Of a stretch of DNA of 64,000 nucleotides, positions 1-10,697 are shown in pieces (the stretch's first letter is position 1; each line of letters opens with the position of its first letter). A program made the position numbers and the translations under genes. Source of the stretch: an uncultured Spirochaetota bacterium (GTDB taxonomy: Bacteria; Spirochaetota; UBA4802; UBA5550); assembly GCA_963827275.1 (NCBI GenBank), contig CAWHAA010000007.1:96001-160000 (forward strand), in the 5' to 3' direction. The notes beneath the pieces were generated by a model. That model saw only the letters and a list, made by a program, of their open reading frames with translations. It did not search any database and had not been told where the DNA came from.

Positions 1-96
1 AACCAGCGGTTTGCCGGCAAGGGGATCGCGGGCTTCATACAGAAACCGTATCAGATGTCTGAGCTCGCGGCCAAGCTTAAAGAAGTCCTGGGGTGA
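1..96 (+). CDS. 3' end of a receiver-domain protein (probably a hybrid histidine kinase), truncated by the window edge
   Basis: Frame 1 reads ...GIAGFIQKPYQMSELAAKLKEVLG*, which has the conserved receiver-domain KP motif. Confidence 0.75.
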   Translation, partial: NQRFAGKGIAGFIQKPYQMSELAAKLKEVLG

Positions 97-104
97 GGGG
101 GCGT

Positions 105-599
105 ATGCCTGACATGATATACTGTCCCTGGTGCGGGAAAAAGCTCGCCATAAAAAAAATCGAGGGAAGGGACCATGCCGCCTGCGGTGATGGCTCCTGC
201 GGCTACGTGTTCTGGGACAACCCGCTCCCGGTCGTCGCCGCCATTGTCGAGCATGAAGGATCGGTGGTGCTGGCCAGGGGCAGGGGCTGGCCGGAGAATA
301 TTTTCGGGCTCATCACCGGCTTCCTTGAGAAAGGAGAGTCCCCGGCGGACGCCGTCAGGCGTGAAGTCAGGGAGGAGCTCGGTCTGGACTCCGCCATAGT
401 AGGCTTCGTCGGGATGTATCCATTCTTTCAGAAAAACCAGTTGCTCCTCGTGTACCACCTCGCCGCTGAAGGAGAAATCGTGCTAAATGACGAGCTTGCC
501 GAGGTGAAGCATGTCCCCCGCGAAAAGCTGCGCTCCTGGCCCTTCGGGACAGGACCGGCGGTGAAGGACTGGCTGGACAGGGAAAGATCCGGGGAGTGA
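105..599 (+). CDS. NUDIX hydrolase with N-terminal zinc ribbon (NudC-like)
   Basis: CPWCG...C-x4-C zinc ribbon and Nudix box GFLEKGESPADAVRREVREELG. Confidence 0.9.
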   Translation: MPDMIYCPWCGKKLAIKKIEGRDHAACGDGSCGYVFWDNPLPVVAAIVEHEGSVVLARGRGWPENIFGLITGFLEKGESPADAVRREVREELGLDSAIVGFVGMYPFFQKNQLLLVYHLAAEGEIVLNDELAEVKHVPREKLRSWPFGTGPAVKDWLDRERSGE

Positions 600-619
600 T
601 GCTCCCCTGAAAAGAGGGC

Positions 620-1057
620 TTATTCGAGGGCGAGCCTTGACAGGTCGGCCGGTACCAGGTATTCCCTGACGCTCAGTACGTCACCGATCCATTCGGCGAT
701 CTCCCCGCTTGCCAGGTTTTCGAGGATATCGGGTATGATGCGGTCCCGGGCAAAATCGTTGCCCGCGGCGCCGTCCGAGAGGATGGCGGTGTACCTCCTT
801 GTCAGGTATGATTTCGATTGTGCGTCTTCCTCGCTCTCCCATGCGCGGCTGTTCCTGAGCCCCTGCCCATTGATCCATTCCACCGAGCCATGGTCATTCG
901 AGGAAAAGAATATCTTTGATATGACCCCCTTCGCATCGAGGTAGATGACCATGGCCTTATCGACATAGTCTTTCTTTAAAAAAGATGCGAAGGATATCTT
1001 GGTGCCCGGACCGTCCCTGTCAACTTTCAGGAATTTAATTTTTGTAGTATCGTCCAT
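620..1057 (-). CDS. hypothetical protein
   Basis: ORF starting MDDTTK with an upstream GGAG and protein-like composition; no recognisable motif. Confidence 0.6.
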   Translation of the reverse strand: MDDTTKIKFLKVDRDGPGTKISFASFLKKDYVDKAMVIYLDAKGVISKIFFSSNDHGSVEWINGQGLRNSRAWESEEDAQSKSYLTRRYTAILSDGAAGNDFARDRIIPDILENLASGEIAEWIGDVLSVREYLVPADLSRLALE

Positions 1058-1391
1058 GGCTCCGCCCGCACTGGCGTATAACAATCATGCGTGATGAAAT
1101 CGTTTCGTTAAGAATTCTTATCCTGCCACATTCATAACCACCGGTCAAGAAATAATCGAACACAGGGGAATTTTTCAAGCGGCCGTCTGAGAGACGGGGC
1201 CCGCGGCCCTGTGCCGCTGCCGCGGCGACCGCCCCGTGAGGGATTGATGCCTCATGCGACATAACCTCAATAAAAGTATTAATGCGATCTGCCGGCGCGG
1301 GTCGATTTTATAACCGGGGCCATGACAGGCCGCATCAGGCGCTGCTACTAAATCATTGCGCGGAATAGCGCGTTCCGCCCGGGGTCGGTGT

Positions 1392-3317
1392 ATGATTCAT
1401 GATAATCGCTATGTCTCGCTGCAAGAAACCGCTTCCATCCTCGCGGTATCCCCGGCCACGGTGAGAAACTGGATCAGGCACGAATATCTCCGTCCCGAGC
1501 GCGGCGCGTCGGGGATGCTGTTCCGCGACCGTGACGTGAGGACCCTGCAGAAAAAGATCATCAGCGGCGCGGTCCCCCGCCTTGCACGCCGGGCGAACAA
1601 ATCGACGGCGCGCCGCTCATTCATACCGGAAGAATATCTCGGCGGCGCGGCCGCCCGCGGGGAGATTGAGGAAGCGGTCGCGTATATCGCCGGCACGGGC
1701 CTCGACACCGGGCGGGCGATGTTCGTCATGGCGCTCGGCATGCTGTCGGCAGCGGGGATGTTCGGCGGGCGCGACGCGGTCAGCCTCCTCGAACAGGGAT
1801 TTCCCCTCAAGGGCAGGGAGAGCCTGGCGCGCGAGCTCAGGTCATGGCGGGCGGAACTGGGGGATTTCCCCGTTACGGGCGAGTACCGGCGCCTTCTCGC
1901 GTTTACGCTGCCTTGCCGGCGGGATGCCCTCGGCCCTGTGTATCAGTCCCTGCTGCGCGAAGGAGAAAAGGCCGCGGGCGGCTCCTATTATACCCCCGGC
2001 CATATCGTTGACGATATAGCCGCTGCGGCGCCTGCGGGGGGGCGGGTCCTCGATCCCTGCTGCGGGACGGGGCAGTTCCTGCTCGCGTTCGCGGAGAGGG
2101 CCGGCGACCCGCGCATCCTTGCGGGATGCGATATCGACGGGCTTGCCGTCCGCATCGCGCGCATAAACCTCATGGCGGCCTTCCCCGGCATCGATTTCGA
2201 GCCGCAGGTGTACCGGGGCGATTTCCTTCTCGATGGCCTGCCGGAGCGGGCCGCCCGCTGCGGGTTTTCCATGGTCGCCACGAATCCTCCCTGGGGGCTG
2301 CATTACTCGCGCGCTGACCTGGAACGGCTGAAGGCGCTCCATCCGGAGATCGCTTCCTGCGAATCATTCTCGTTCGTGCTGAAACGAAGCATCGATCTCG
2401 TCGGTGACGGCGGTGCGCTTTCATTCATCCTGCCCGAATCGATACTCACGGTGAAGTCCCACCGTGATATCAGGCGTTATATCCTTGACCGCGCGCGGAT
2501 CAGGCGGATCGTGCGCCTGGGGCGCGTGTTCACGAACGTGTTCACCCCGGCCATACGACTTGACCTGGTAAAGGGTCCGGGGCCCGCCGCCTTTGCCTGT
2601 GTTTCCCGCGGGAGGGCGCGGACGGTCAACCAGGACCGCTTCAGGAAGAATAACGGGTGCGTCTTCGATATCGCCATCGCCGGGCCGGACGCCCGCGTGA
2701 TGGACAGGGTGTACGGCCATGAACACGTGACCCTCGCCGGCAGGGCCGACTGGGCGCTGGGGATCGTGACCGGCGATAACGGCAGGTTCCTCCTTCCCCG
2801 CGACGCTGGGGAGGGGTGCGAGCCGGTATACCGGGGAAGGGACGTCGGTCATTATTTTTTCGGCGAGCCGGAATGCTATATCCGGTTTTCTCCGGGCCGG
2901 TTCCAGCAGTCGGCGCCGGAACGCAAATACCGGTCGCCCGAAAAGCTTGTGTACCGCTTCATATCGAAACGTCTCGTCGTGGCGTACGATGACCGCGGCA
3001 GCCTGACCCTCAACAGCGCGAACATACTGGTACCCCGCGGCGATGAGTATCCCGTCAAGGCGGTGCTTGCGCTCTTCAACTCGGCCCTGTACCAGTACCT
3101 CTTTCAGAAAAAATTTTCGTCGATCAAGGTGCTCCGGGGCCATCTGGAGCAGCTTCCCCTGCCGGTCTGGACCGGGTCCGTGATGAAGGACCTGGTGTCC
3201 CTGGCTGACGGGGTCCTCGCCGGGCGGATCGCCCGCGAAGAGGTTGATGAATTTGTAATGGCCCATTTCGGGCTGACGGCCACGGAGCGGACGCATATTG
3301 TGAAGTCGATTATCTGA
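1392..3317 (+). CDS. N6-adenine DNA methyltransferase (gamma/TaqI-like) with N-terminal helix-turn-helix
   Basis: YYTP, motif I DPCCGTGQF, motif IV TNPPW, TaqI_C-like C-terminus; N-terminal SLQETASILAVSPATVRNWIR HTH. Confidence 0.88.
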   Translation: MIHDNRYVSLQETASILAVSPATVRNWIRHEYLRPERGASGMLFRDRDVRTLQKKIISGAVPRLARRANKSTARRSFIPEEYLGGAAARGEIEEAVAYIAGTGLDTGRAMFVMALGMLSAAGMFGGRDAVSLLEQGFPLKGRESLARELRSWRAELGDFPVTGEYRRLLAFTLPCRRDALGPVYQSLLREGEKAAGGSYYTPGHIVDDIAAAAPAGGRVLDPCCGTGQFLLAFAERAGDPRILAGCDIDGLAVRIARINLMAAFPGIDFEPQVYRGDFLLDGLPERAARCGFSMVATNPPWGLHYSRADLERLKALHPEIASCESFSFVLKRSIDLVGDGGALSFILPESILTVKSHRDIRRYILDRARIRRIVRLGRVFTNVFTPAIRLDLVKGPGPAAFACVSRGRARTVNQDRFRKNNGCVFDIAIAGPDARVMDRVYGHEHVTLAGRADWALGIVTGDNGRFLLPRDAGEGCEPVYRGRDVGHYFFGEPECYIRFSPGRFQQSAPERKYRSPEKLVYRFISKRLVVAYDDRGSLTLNSANILVPRGDEYPVKAVLALFNSALYQYLFQKKFSSIKVLRGHLEQLPLPVWTGSVMKDLVSLADGVLAGRIAREEVDEFVMAHFGLTATERTHIVKSII

Positions 3318-3383
3318 CAGAATTTCCAATGGATCATATTATACATTGTCGCGAATTATTTTATTTGACTTTTTATCGTCTGG

Positions 3384-6300
3384 GTGATACTGCGTGGGTA
3401 TCCGGATTCGGCCGGCACTATACCGCTATTTTACGTTGCCAGTGATATTTCATATCAGGGATGGATCTTGTCTGGAATAATCCAACATGGAAGGCTGCAC
3501 GTACGGTCCTTAATTATTGCCATTATAGCACTGATGGTTTTCGGCATACTGCTTTTCGTGTGGGACCGCGCGCAGGGCGAAATAACCGCTGATGGAGCGG
3601 CAGATCAATCCGGCGGCCGCATCGTTGTGATTGACGGGGCCCTTGCCGAAAAGCAGCTCGGTACCGCCCTGGATTATGTCGAGGACCCCGCAGGGATACT
3701 GCATCTCGAAGATGTAACATCGGTCAAGGCCACGGGATTCAAAAGATCGACTGACAGGGTGCTCAACTTCGGCCTGACGTCATCCGCCTACTGGGTCCGC
3801 TTCACGCTTCGCAATCCCTCCACGGCGCCTCTCTCCTTTTGCCTGGCGGTTGAATATCCACTGATGGACAATATACGCCTCTATGTCCCCGAGGGAGCGA
3901 AGGGATACAGGGCCATCATGAGCGGCGATACCCTGCCTTACCGAAACCGTGAATTCCAGCACAGGAATTTCGTTTTTCCGCTCCAGCAGGGGCCCGGCGA
4001 CCGGACCTACTACATGAGGTTCAGCACCACCTCCGCGATGACCATCCCGATCGCCGTATTCTCCCTCGAACGTTTATACAGGAAGACGGGGATAGAGAAC
4101 GGGGTCTATGGCGTGTATTATGGCATGCTGATCGTCATGCTGCTGTATAACCTCTTCATCCTGGCGATGGTCAGGGGGAGGGACTACCTGTTCTATGTGC
4201 TGTATGTCGCGGGGGCTCTCCTGGCATCCCTCGTGATTGACGGGTTCGGCGCCAGCCATTTATGGCCGGCCGAGCCGCGGTTTTCGATCAGCAGCTTCTA
4301 TAATTTCCTGGTCAATATACTCTACCTGTTTCTCACCAGGGAATTGCTGAATACGAAGCTCAATACGCCGCGCCTGGATAAAATAGCCCTGGCGAACATT
4401 GCCTTTGGCGCAGGCGGGATGCTCGTAAACCTCTACCTGATGAACAGCCTGGTGATGAGCGTCCTCTCACTTGTATGTACGGCCATTACCATCGGTACCG
4501 CGATTTCGATAGTTGCCGTGACCCTGCACGGCGGCGTGCGCCTGGCCCGTTTTTACCTGGCCGCACTGTCGCTCATCCTGGTGGGGGCGGCGATATATGC
4601 CCTGAGGGTCACCGATATCCTCCCCGTGAACCTGCTGACCATGTGGTCCATGAAAATAGCGATACTTGCCATGGTCCTGGTATTCTCCTTCGCGCTGGCC
4701 GATAAGATCAATACCATGAGGAAGCGGCTCGAGGTGCTGAATGCCAACCTGGAGCGGGAAGTCGTGGACCATATCCATGACAAGGAGGCGCTCAAGCGGA
4801 GCGAGGAGCGCTTCCGCGGCGTTGTTGAGCGGAATTTTGACGTCATATTCATGATGGACACCGCGGGCCATTTTTCCTACGTGTCGCCATCGATCACCGC
4901 CATGACGGGCTACCGCGTGGATGAATTCATCAACAGCTCGATGAGGGGGTTCCAGCCGTCGGACATGTTTGATTTCAGCCGGCTGCTGTTCGGAGATCTT
5001 TTAAAGGGCAAGGAGATCATCGGATACGAAACGGTGATTATAAGGAAAAACGGCACGAGGATCCATATCGAGGTGAACCTGTCCCCCATCATGAAGGGCG
5101 AAACGGTCACCGGCGTCCAGGGCATCGCGCGCGACATCACCGAGCGCAAGATGGCGGAAGAGGCCCTCATGGAGGAGAAGGAGCGTCTCTCGATCACCCT
5201 GCGTTCCATCGCGGAGGGCGTCATCGCGACGGACATAAAATGGCGGATCCATATCATGAACAAGGCGGCTGAAGAGCTGACCGCCTGGCGCCAGGACCAG
5301 GTGCTGGGCAGGACGCTCGACGACGTTCTCCTTCTTGTTGACCGGAAAACCGGCGCCAGGAAGGAGTTTACCGATGCCATGACGCCCCCCGAGGGGCAGG
5401 AGGATTATCGGTCGAACACGGTCCTGGTGCGCCGGGACAAGTCGGAGCGGATCGTCTCGGACCGGCTGGCACCCATCAACGACCGTTCCGGCAAGGTCAT
5501 AGGGTATGTCGTTGTCATCAGGGACATTACCGAGGAGGTAAAGTTCCGCGGCGAGCTCCAGAAGATGGAAAAACTCGAATCGATCGGCATCCTCGCGGGC
5601 GGCATCGCCCACGACTTCAACAACATCCTGACCGCGATCATGGGCAACATCAACCTGTCAAAGCTGATCTCCAGGGACCCGCGCCTTCGGGAGATCCTGG
5701 ATGACGCGGAAAAGGCCTCCGTGCGGGCGCAGGAGCTCACCCAGCAGTTTCTTACCTTCAGCAGGGGAGGCGCGCCGGTGCGGCGCATCGCCTCGATAGA
5801 AGAGATCATAAGGGACTCGTCGCGCTTTACGCTGCGCGGCTCAAATGTCCGGAGCAGCTTCCACTTCCAGGACGGGCTGCGGCCGGTCAATGTCGACGTG
5901 GGCCAGCTGAGCCAGGTGATGCAGAACCTGGTCATCAATGCCGACCAGGCCATGCCTGACGGGGGCGATATCGTCATCATCGCTGAAAACGTGATCGTCC
6001 CTTCTGAAAGCGTCCTGCCGCTCAAGCCGGGGCAGTATGTAAAGATCAGCGTGACCGATACCGGTATCGGCATCCCGGCTGAAAATCTTTCCAAGATCTT
6101 CGACCCCTACTTCACCACGAAAAGCGACGGCAATGGCCTCGGCCTCACGAGCACCTTCTCGATAATCAAGCGGCATGACGGATATATTTCCGTCGAGTCG
6201 GAGCCGGGCAAGGGAACAACGTTTTACCTCTATCTGCCCTCGTCTGAAAAACAGGAAGTGGCTCCCGAGAAGAAAGAGGAGTCTTCATTCAAGGGGAAGG

Positions 6301-6680
6301 GCCGGGTGCTGTTCATGGATGACGACGAGGCGGTGAACACCACTGCGAGGAAGATGCTGGAGCACCTCGGCTTTGCCGTGGAATGCGCCCTTGACGGGGA
6401 GCAGGCGGTGAAGTTCTACGAGCGGGGGCGAAGGGAAGGGGCCCCCTACGACCTGGTCATACTCGACCTGACGATCCCCGGCGGCATGGGCGGAAAGAAA
6501 ACGATAGAAAAGCTGCTCGCGTGTGACCCGGATGTCAGGGCGATCGTGTCGAGCGGATATTCCAATGACATGATCATGGCCAACTTCAGGGAATATGGCT
6601 TCAAGGGGGTCATCGCGAAGCCGTACCGCATCGATGAACTGGCCCAGGTGATTGAGCAGGTGATGGGAAGCGGATCATGA
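3384..6680 (+). CDS. hybrid sensor histidine kinase (7TM-DISM, 2x PAS, HisKA, HATPase, REC); start uncertain
   Basis: LNFGLTSSAYWVRF (DISMED2), multiple TM helices, GGIAHDFNNIL H-box, FDPYFTTK/GLGL, C-terminal receiver. Confidence 0.93.
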   Translation: MILRGYPDSAGTIPLFYVASDISYQGWILSGIIQHGRLHVRSLIIAIIALMVFGILLFVWDRAQGEITADGAADQSGGRIVVIDGALAEKQLGTALDYVEDPAGILHLEDVTSVKATGFKRSTDRVLNFGLTSSAYWVRFTLRNPSTAPLSFCLAVEYPLMDNIRLYVPEGAKGYRAIMSGDTLPYRNREFQHRNFVFPLQQGPGDRTYYMRFSTTSAMTIPIAVFSLERLYRKTGIENGVYGVYYGMLIVMLLYNLFILAMVRGRDYLFYVLYVAGALLASLVIDGFGASHLWPAEPRFSISSFYNFLVNILYLFLTRELLNTKLNTPRLDKIALANIAFGAGGMLVNLYLMNSLVMSVLSLVCTAITIGTAISIVAVTLHGGVRLARFYLAALSLILVGAAIYALRVTDILPVNLLTMWSMKIAILAMVLVFSFALADKINTMRKRLEVLNANLEREVVDHIHDKEALKRSEERFRGVVERNFDVIFMMDTAGHFSYVSPSITAMTGYRVDEFINSSMRGFQPSDMFDFSRLLFGDLLKGKEIIGYETVIIRKNGTRIHIEVNLSPIMKGETVTGVQGIARDITERKMAEEALMEEKERLSITLRSIAEGVIATDIKWRIHIMNKAAEELTAWRQDQVLGRTLDDVLLLVDRKTGARKEFTDAMTPPEGQEDYRSNTVLVRRDKSERIVSDRLAPINDRSGKVIGYVVVIRDITEEVKFRGELQKMEKLESIGILAGGIAHDFNNILTAIMGNINLSKLISRDPRLREILDDAEKASVRAQELTQQFLTFSRGGAPVRRIASIEEIIRDSSRFTLRGSNVRSSFHFQDGLRPVNVDVGQLSQVMQNLVINADQAMPDGGDIVIIAENVIVPSESVLPLKPGQYVKISVTDTGIGIPAENLSKIFDPYFTTKSDGNGLGLTSTFSIIKRHDGYISVESEPGKGTTFYLYLPSSEKQEVAPEKKEESSFKGKGRVLFMDDDEAVNTTARKMLEHLGFAVECALDGEQAVKFYERGRREGAPYDLVILDLTIPGGMGGKKTIEKLLACDPDVRAIVSSGYSNDMIMANFREYGFKGVIAKPYRIDELAQVIEQVMGSGS

Positions 6681-7375
6681 CAAAACTTCTGTTCGTGCAC
6701 GGCGCCGGCGGCTCGGGCGCCGTCTGGCATTACCAGCGGGAGCGCTTCGCAGACTGCGACGCGGTGACCCTGCCCGGGCACCCCGACGGCACGCCCGCAT
6801 CCAGTATCGACGAATACCGCGACTGGCTGCACGGATATATATCAGGAAAGCAATACGGGAAGGTCGTGCTCGCCGGGCAGAGCATGGGGGGCGGCATCGC
6901 CCTTTCGTACGCGCTTGCGTACCCGGATGAAGTGGAGGCGCTGGTCCTGATCTCGACCGGCGCGCGGCTCAGGGTGAACCCCGCGTTCCTGGGCCTTCTG
7001 TCGGACAACGCCGGCCGTGATCCCTCCTGGTACCGGGACGTCGCGCTCCCGATGTATGCCGGCGTCGAGCCGGGGGTGCGGGACCGGCTGCTGGACCTGC
7101 AGTGCTCGCTCCCCGTCAGCGTCCATCTGACCGACTTTATCTGCTGCGACCGTTTTGACGTGATGGACCGGGTCGCCGGGATCCATGTCCCCGCGCTCAT
7201 CATAAGCGGCGACGCGGACGTCATGACCCCGCTCAAGTATTCCCGCTACCTGGCGGAGCGCATGCCGGGCTCCCGCCTGGCGGTCATACCCGGCGGGGGC
7301 CACCTCGTATTTCTCCAGAAGCCCGAAGAAGTCAACGGCGAGATCGACCGGTTCGTGCGCGGGCTGCGGGGCTGA
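6677..7375 (+). CDS. alpha/beta hydrolase
   Basis: HGAGG oxyanion motif, GQSMGG nucleophile elbow, C-terminal catalytic His (GGHL). Confidence 0.92.
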   Translation: MTKLLFVHGAGGSGAVWHYQRERFADCDAVTLPGHPDGTPASSIDEYRDWLHGYISGKQYGKVVLAGQSMGGGIALSYALAYPDEVEALVLISTGARLRVNPAFLGLLSDNAGRDPSWYRDVALPMYAGVEPGVRDRLLDLQCSLPVSVHLTDFICCDRFDVMDRVAGIHVPALIISGDADVMTPLKYSRYLAERMPGSRLAVIPGGGHLVFLQKPEEVNGEIDRFVRGLRG

Positions 7376-7381
7376 ACGCCC

Positions 7382-8785
7382 GTGTCGCTCCACGGCTACA
7401 TGCGCGCGCGCCCGGGGGCCGTCGGAAGGCGCCTCTGCTGCGCCGTGATCATCGCCTGCATGGTCCCGTCGGGCGGTTTCGCCGCCCGGAAGCTTGACGG
7501 GGAAACGCTCGGAAAAAAAAAGCGCGGCTGGTATTTTACCGGCATACCCCAGCTCAATTACACCACGGACAACGGCGTCGGCTACGGCGCGGCGGTATAC
7601 TTCTACCACAACGGCAGGGATGAGGACCGGGGGTTTGACGAGACGCCGTACTTCACTCAGCTCTACGCGCAGTTTTACCAGACCACGAACGGGTGGAGCC
7701 AGTATGAGCTCCGCTGGGACCAGTTCCGGCTTTTCGGGACACACCTGAGGGTCCGGGCCTCACTGATGTACGAGAAAAAGTTGAACGCGGCGTATTACGG
7801 GACCGGGGCCGACACGACGCACCGTAATCTCGAGGACGGCAATTTTTCCACCCATGACACCCGTGGTCATTATTACCGGCGCTTTTTAAAGGATGATTAC
7901 GTCAATTACCTCACGGGCAGGTGGTGGCATTTCGTCAATTACAAGTACGACGCGTACCGGTCCGTGCAGCCGCGCGGCTACCTGAACCTCTACGGCAGGT
8001 TTGCCGATGAGACGCCCGTCCTGAAATACTTCACCTACCTTGCCGGCTTCCAGGCGGGCCATATGTCCGTCCGGCGCTGGGACCTGCGCGGCTTCAGGGT
8101 GAACGGCCGCCGGTTCGTGGCGTTCAACCCGACGCGGATTGCCCGGGAACGGCCGGCAGGGTACCGGGGCGGGTGGGCCAATTTCGTCCGCCTGGGCCTC
8201 GCGTTCGATACGCTCGATTTCGAGCCGGACCCGACGCAGGGGGTCAGGATAGAATACTGCCTGGAGACGGCCCAGCGGTTCCTCGGCTCGGACTACATCT
8301 ACTATCGGAATACCGCCGGGCTGCGCTGGCACCAGACCTATTTCAAGGGGTTTTCCCACGCCCTGCGCGTCGCCTATACCACGTCGGCCGGGAACATGCC
8401 CTTTTTTGAAATGAACAAGTTCGCGTTCCTCTGGAACCGCGAAAACGGCCTTGGCGGGGTACGCACCCTCCGGGGGTACCGGGCCGACCGCTTCGTCGGT
8501 AAAACCATGACCCTTGCCGGCTTCGAGCTCCGGTACCATATCGGCGATGTGGTGGTCCCGGTCATCGGGCGTATCGGGTTCAAGCTGGCGGCCTTTGTCG
8601 AGGCGGGTAATGTGTATGACGAGCCGGGCGATCCGTTCGCGCACCCGCGCTGGAATGACTACAAGCTATGCTACGGCGGCGGCCTGCTGCTGCCCTGGAA
8701 CCTGTCCACCGTCCTTCATTGCTACGCCGGCTTCAGCAGGGAAGAGTATTCAATCTCGCTCGATTTCGAGCACGCCATCCGGTGA
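7382..8785 (+). CDS. Omp85/BamA-superfamily outer-membrane beta-barrel protein
   Basis: GLGGVRTLRGY (VRGY-like) motif, alternating beta-strand pattern, N-terminal signal-like segment. Confidence 0.78.
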   Translation: MSLHGYMRARPGAVGRRLCCAVIIACMVPSGGFAARKLDGETLGKKKRGWYFTGIPQLNYTTDNGVGYGAAVYFYHNGRDEDRGFDETPYFTQLYAQFYQTTNGWSQYELRWDQFRLFGTHLRVRASLMYEKKLNAAYYGTGADTTHRNLEDGNFSTHDTRGHYYRRFLKDDYVNYLTGRWWHFVNYKYDAYRSVQPRGYLNLYGRFADETPVLKYFTYLAGFQAGHMSVRRWDLRGFRVNGRRFVAFNPTRIARERPAGYRGGWANFVRLGLAFDTLDFEPDPTQGVRIEYCLETAQRFLGSDYIYYRNTAGLRWHQTYFKGFSHALRVAYTTSAGNMPFFEMNKFAFLWNRENGLGGVRTLRGYRADRFVGKTMTLAGFELRYHIGDVVVPVIGRIGFKLAAFVEAGNVYDEPGDPFAHPRWNDYKLCYGGGLLLPWNLSTVLHCYAGFSREEYSISLDFEHAIR

Positions 8786-8848
8786 GTTTTTGTATTGATT
8801 TTTTTCGCTCCGGGTCGTTAGTGGTATACCGCGAGCCATGAGGTTGCT

Positions 8849-9340
8849 ATGACGCCGATTATCTCCATTGTCGGATGGTCCGGCAGCGGCAAGACCGTCC
8901 TGCTGGAAAAGCTTGTCCCTGAAATGGTCCGCCGCGGCTACCGCGTGGCCACGGCGAAGCACCATCCCCATGACTTTGACATCGACCACGAGGGAAAGGA
9001 CACCTGGCGGCACCGGCAGGCCGGCGCCGCGTGCACGATCATCTCGTCGCACAACCGGATGGCCATGACAAGGGACATGGACCACGACGCGTCCCTGGAG
9101 GAGCTCCGCGACCGCTTTATCAGCGATGTTGACATCGTGATCGCGGAAGGGTTCAAGCGCGAGCGGGTCCCCAAGGTGGAGGTGTACCGGAGCGTTATGA
9201 AGGCGGAGCCGCTCTATAAGACAATAGACGGGGTCATTGCCATCGTCACGGACGCGCCGCTCGAACCGGGCTTTCCTGTCATCGGGCTTGATGACATCGC
9301 GCGGCTCGCTGACCTTATCGTTGAAAGAATGCTGAAATAA
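8849..9340 (+). CDS. mobB: molybdopterin-guanine dinucleotide biosynthesis protein B
   Basis: GWSGSGKT P-loop, KHHPHDFDIDHEGKDTWRH, EGFK. Confidence 0.93.
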   Translation: MTPIISIVGWSGSGKTVLLEKLVPEMVRRGYRVATAKHHPHDFDIDHEGKDTWRHRQAGAACTIISSHNRMAMTRDMDHDASLEELRDRFISDVDIVIAEGFKRERVPKVEVYRSVMKAEPLYKTIDGVIAIVTDAPLEPGFPVIGLDDIARLADLIVERMLK

Positions 9341-9352
9341 CAGGGTGCTCTT

Positions 9353-10006
9353 ATGGCAACCATGGCCGACTATCTTTCACGCTGCTTTTCCCTTACCGGC
9401 TCGATCGCGACGGGGAAGTCTTCCGTGGCGGCCATGCTCGAAGGCCTGGGCGCGCATATCGTGGACACCGACCTGATCGCGCGCGAGGTGGTGGAGCCGG
9501 GCAGCCCCGCCCTGCGCGAGATAGAAGGTGCCTTCGGAAAAGATGCGATCAATCCGGACGGCACGCTGAACCGGCAGTGGGTGCGCGACCGGATCATCCG
9601 CGATCCGGGGGAGCGCGGGAGGCTCAATGGCATAACGCACCCCCGCATCCAGCGTATCGTCATGGAGCGCATAGAGCTCTTCGGCGGCATGAAAGACGGC
9701 AGGCCGGTCATCATCGACGTGCCGTTGCTGTACGAAACGGGATGGGACCGGCTATTTCCCCGGGTGATCCTCGTGTACGCACCGGTCCCGGTCCAGGTCC
9801 GGCGGCTGATGGCCCGCGACGGCCTTGACCGGCGCACGGCCGAGCTCACGGTCGCGGCGCAGATGGACATCGAGGAAAAAAAGGCGATGGCCCGCTTCGT
9901 CATCGATAATTCCGGGAGCAGGCAGGAGACGGGGAAGCAGGTTGAGAAGGTGTTCGCCGAGCTGCTCGGCATGTTACGTGAGGGAGGGGCCGGATATGAA
10001 GCATGA
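9353..10006 (+). CDS. coaE: dephospho-CoA kinase
   Basis: LTGSIATGKS, DLIAREVV, ITHPRI, DVPLLYE motifs. Confidence 0.95.
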   Translation: MATMADYLSRCFSLTGSIATGKSSVAAMLEGLGAHIVDTDLIAREVVEPGSPALREIEGAFGKDAINPDGTLNRQWVRDRIIRDPGERGRLNGITHPRIQRIVMERIELFGGMKDGRPVIIDVPLLYETGWDRLFPRVILVYAPVPVQVRRLMARDGLDRRTAELTVAAQMDIEEKKAMARFVIDNSGSRQETGKQVEKVFAELLGMLREGGAGYEA

Positions 10007-10691
10007 AAAAGCGGAAACGGGCGTAACAACGGGGGCCGTGCCCCCGTTCATGATCGTCATCGGCACCGCGCTGCTCGTCCAGCTCGCGGGGAGCTACCAC
10101 GCGAGGTCCCTGGTCGTCGGCGAGTATTTTTTTCTCGGGTGGGTGCTGCTCCGGATCGCGGTGCCGGTCGCCGTGCTCGCGGCCCTCGGGGTGCCGTTTT
10201 CAAGGATCGGCCTCGGCCTTCCCCAATTTGACCGCACGACGCGGCGTACCATGCTTGTCGCGGCCGCACTCCTGCTCCTCGCGTTCGCAGCGATCTATTT
10301 CTTCCGCGGGTATTTCAGCTTTTATTCGAACGCCTTCGGCGGCGCCGGCGCCGGGGCGGCCGCCCGCTTTGCCAACTTCATGATCTTTACCGGGTCCACG
10401 CTCACCGGGTGGGAGTTTCTCCACCGCGGCTTTCTCCTCATGGGCCTTTTGTATCTGCTCGCCGGGCGGGAGCAGGTGCGGCCCGAGACCGCCGCGAAGA
10501 TGGCGATCGCGGTGGTCTGGGTTTTCGAGGTCGTGTTCCATTTTATCAAGCCCGAGCTCGAGGCGCTCGGGATGCTCGCGGGGTCGCCGTTCCTCTCCTG
10601 GCTCGCCCTGCGCACGAAAAGCATCTGGCCGCCCTTCCTGGTGCATCTCCTGGTGGAGCTGCTTTTCATCGCCGTACTCATACTGCAATGA
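9996..10691 (+). CDS. CPBP (Abi/CAAX) family intramembrane protease-like protein
   Basis: Multi-TM; WEFLHRG, FH..KP..E and SIWPPFLVH motifs. Confidence 0.72.
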   Translation: MKHEKAETGVTTGAVPPFMIVIGTALLVQLAGSYHARSLVVGEYFFLGWVLLRIAVPVAVLAALGVPFSRIGLGLPQFDRTTRRTMLVAAALLLLAFAAIYFFRGYFSFYSNAFGGAGAGAAARFANFMIFTGSTLTGWEFLHRGFLLMGLLYLLAGREQVRPETAAKMAIAVVWVFEVVFHFIKPELEALGMLAGSPFLSWLALRTKSIWPPFLVHLLVELLFIAVLILQ

Positions 10692-10697
10692 CGCGTT

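Noticed and set aside
620..3317. Complete restriction-modification system
   Set aside because: No recognisable endonuclease or specificity subunit next to the methyltransferase
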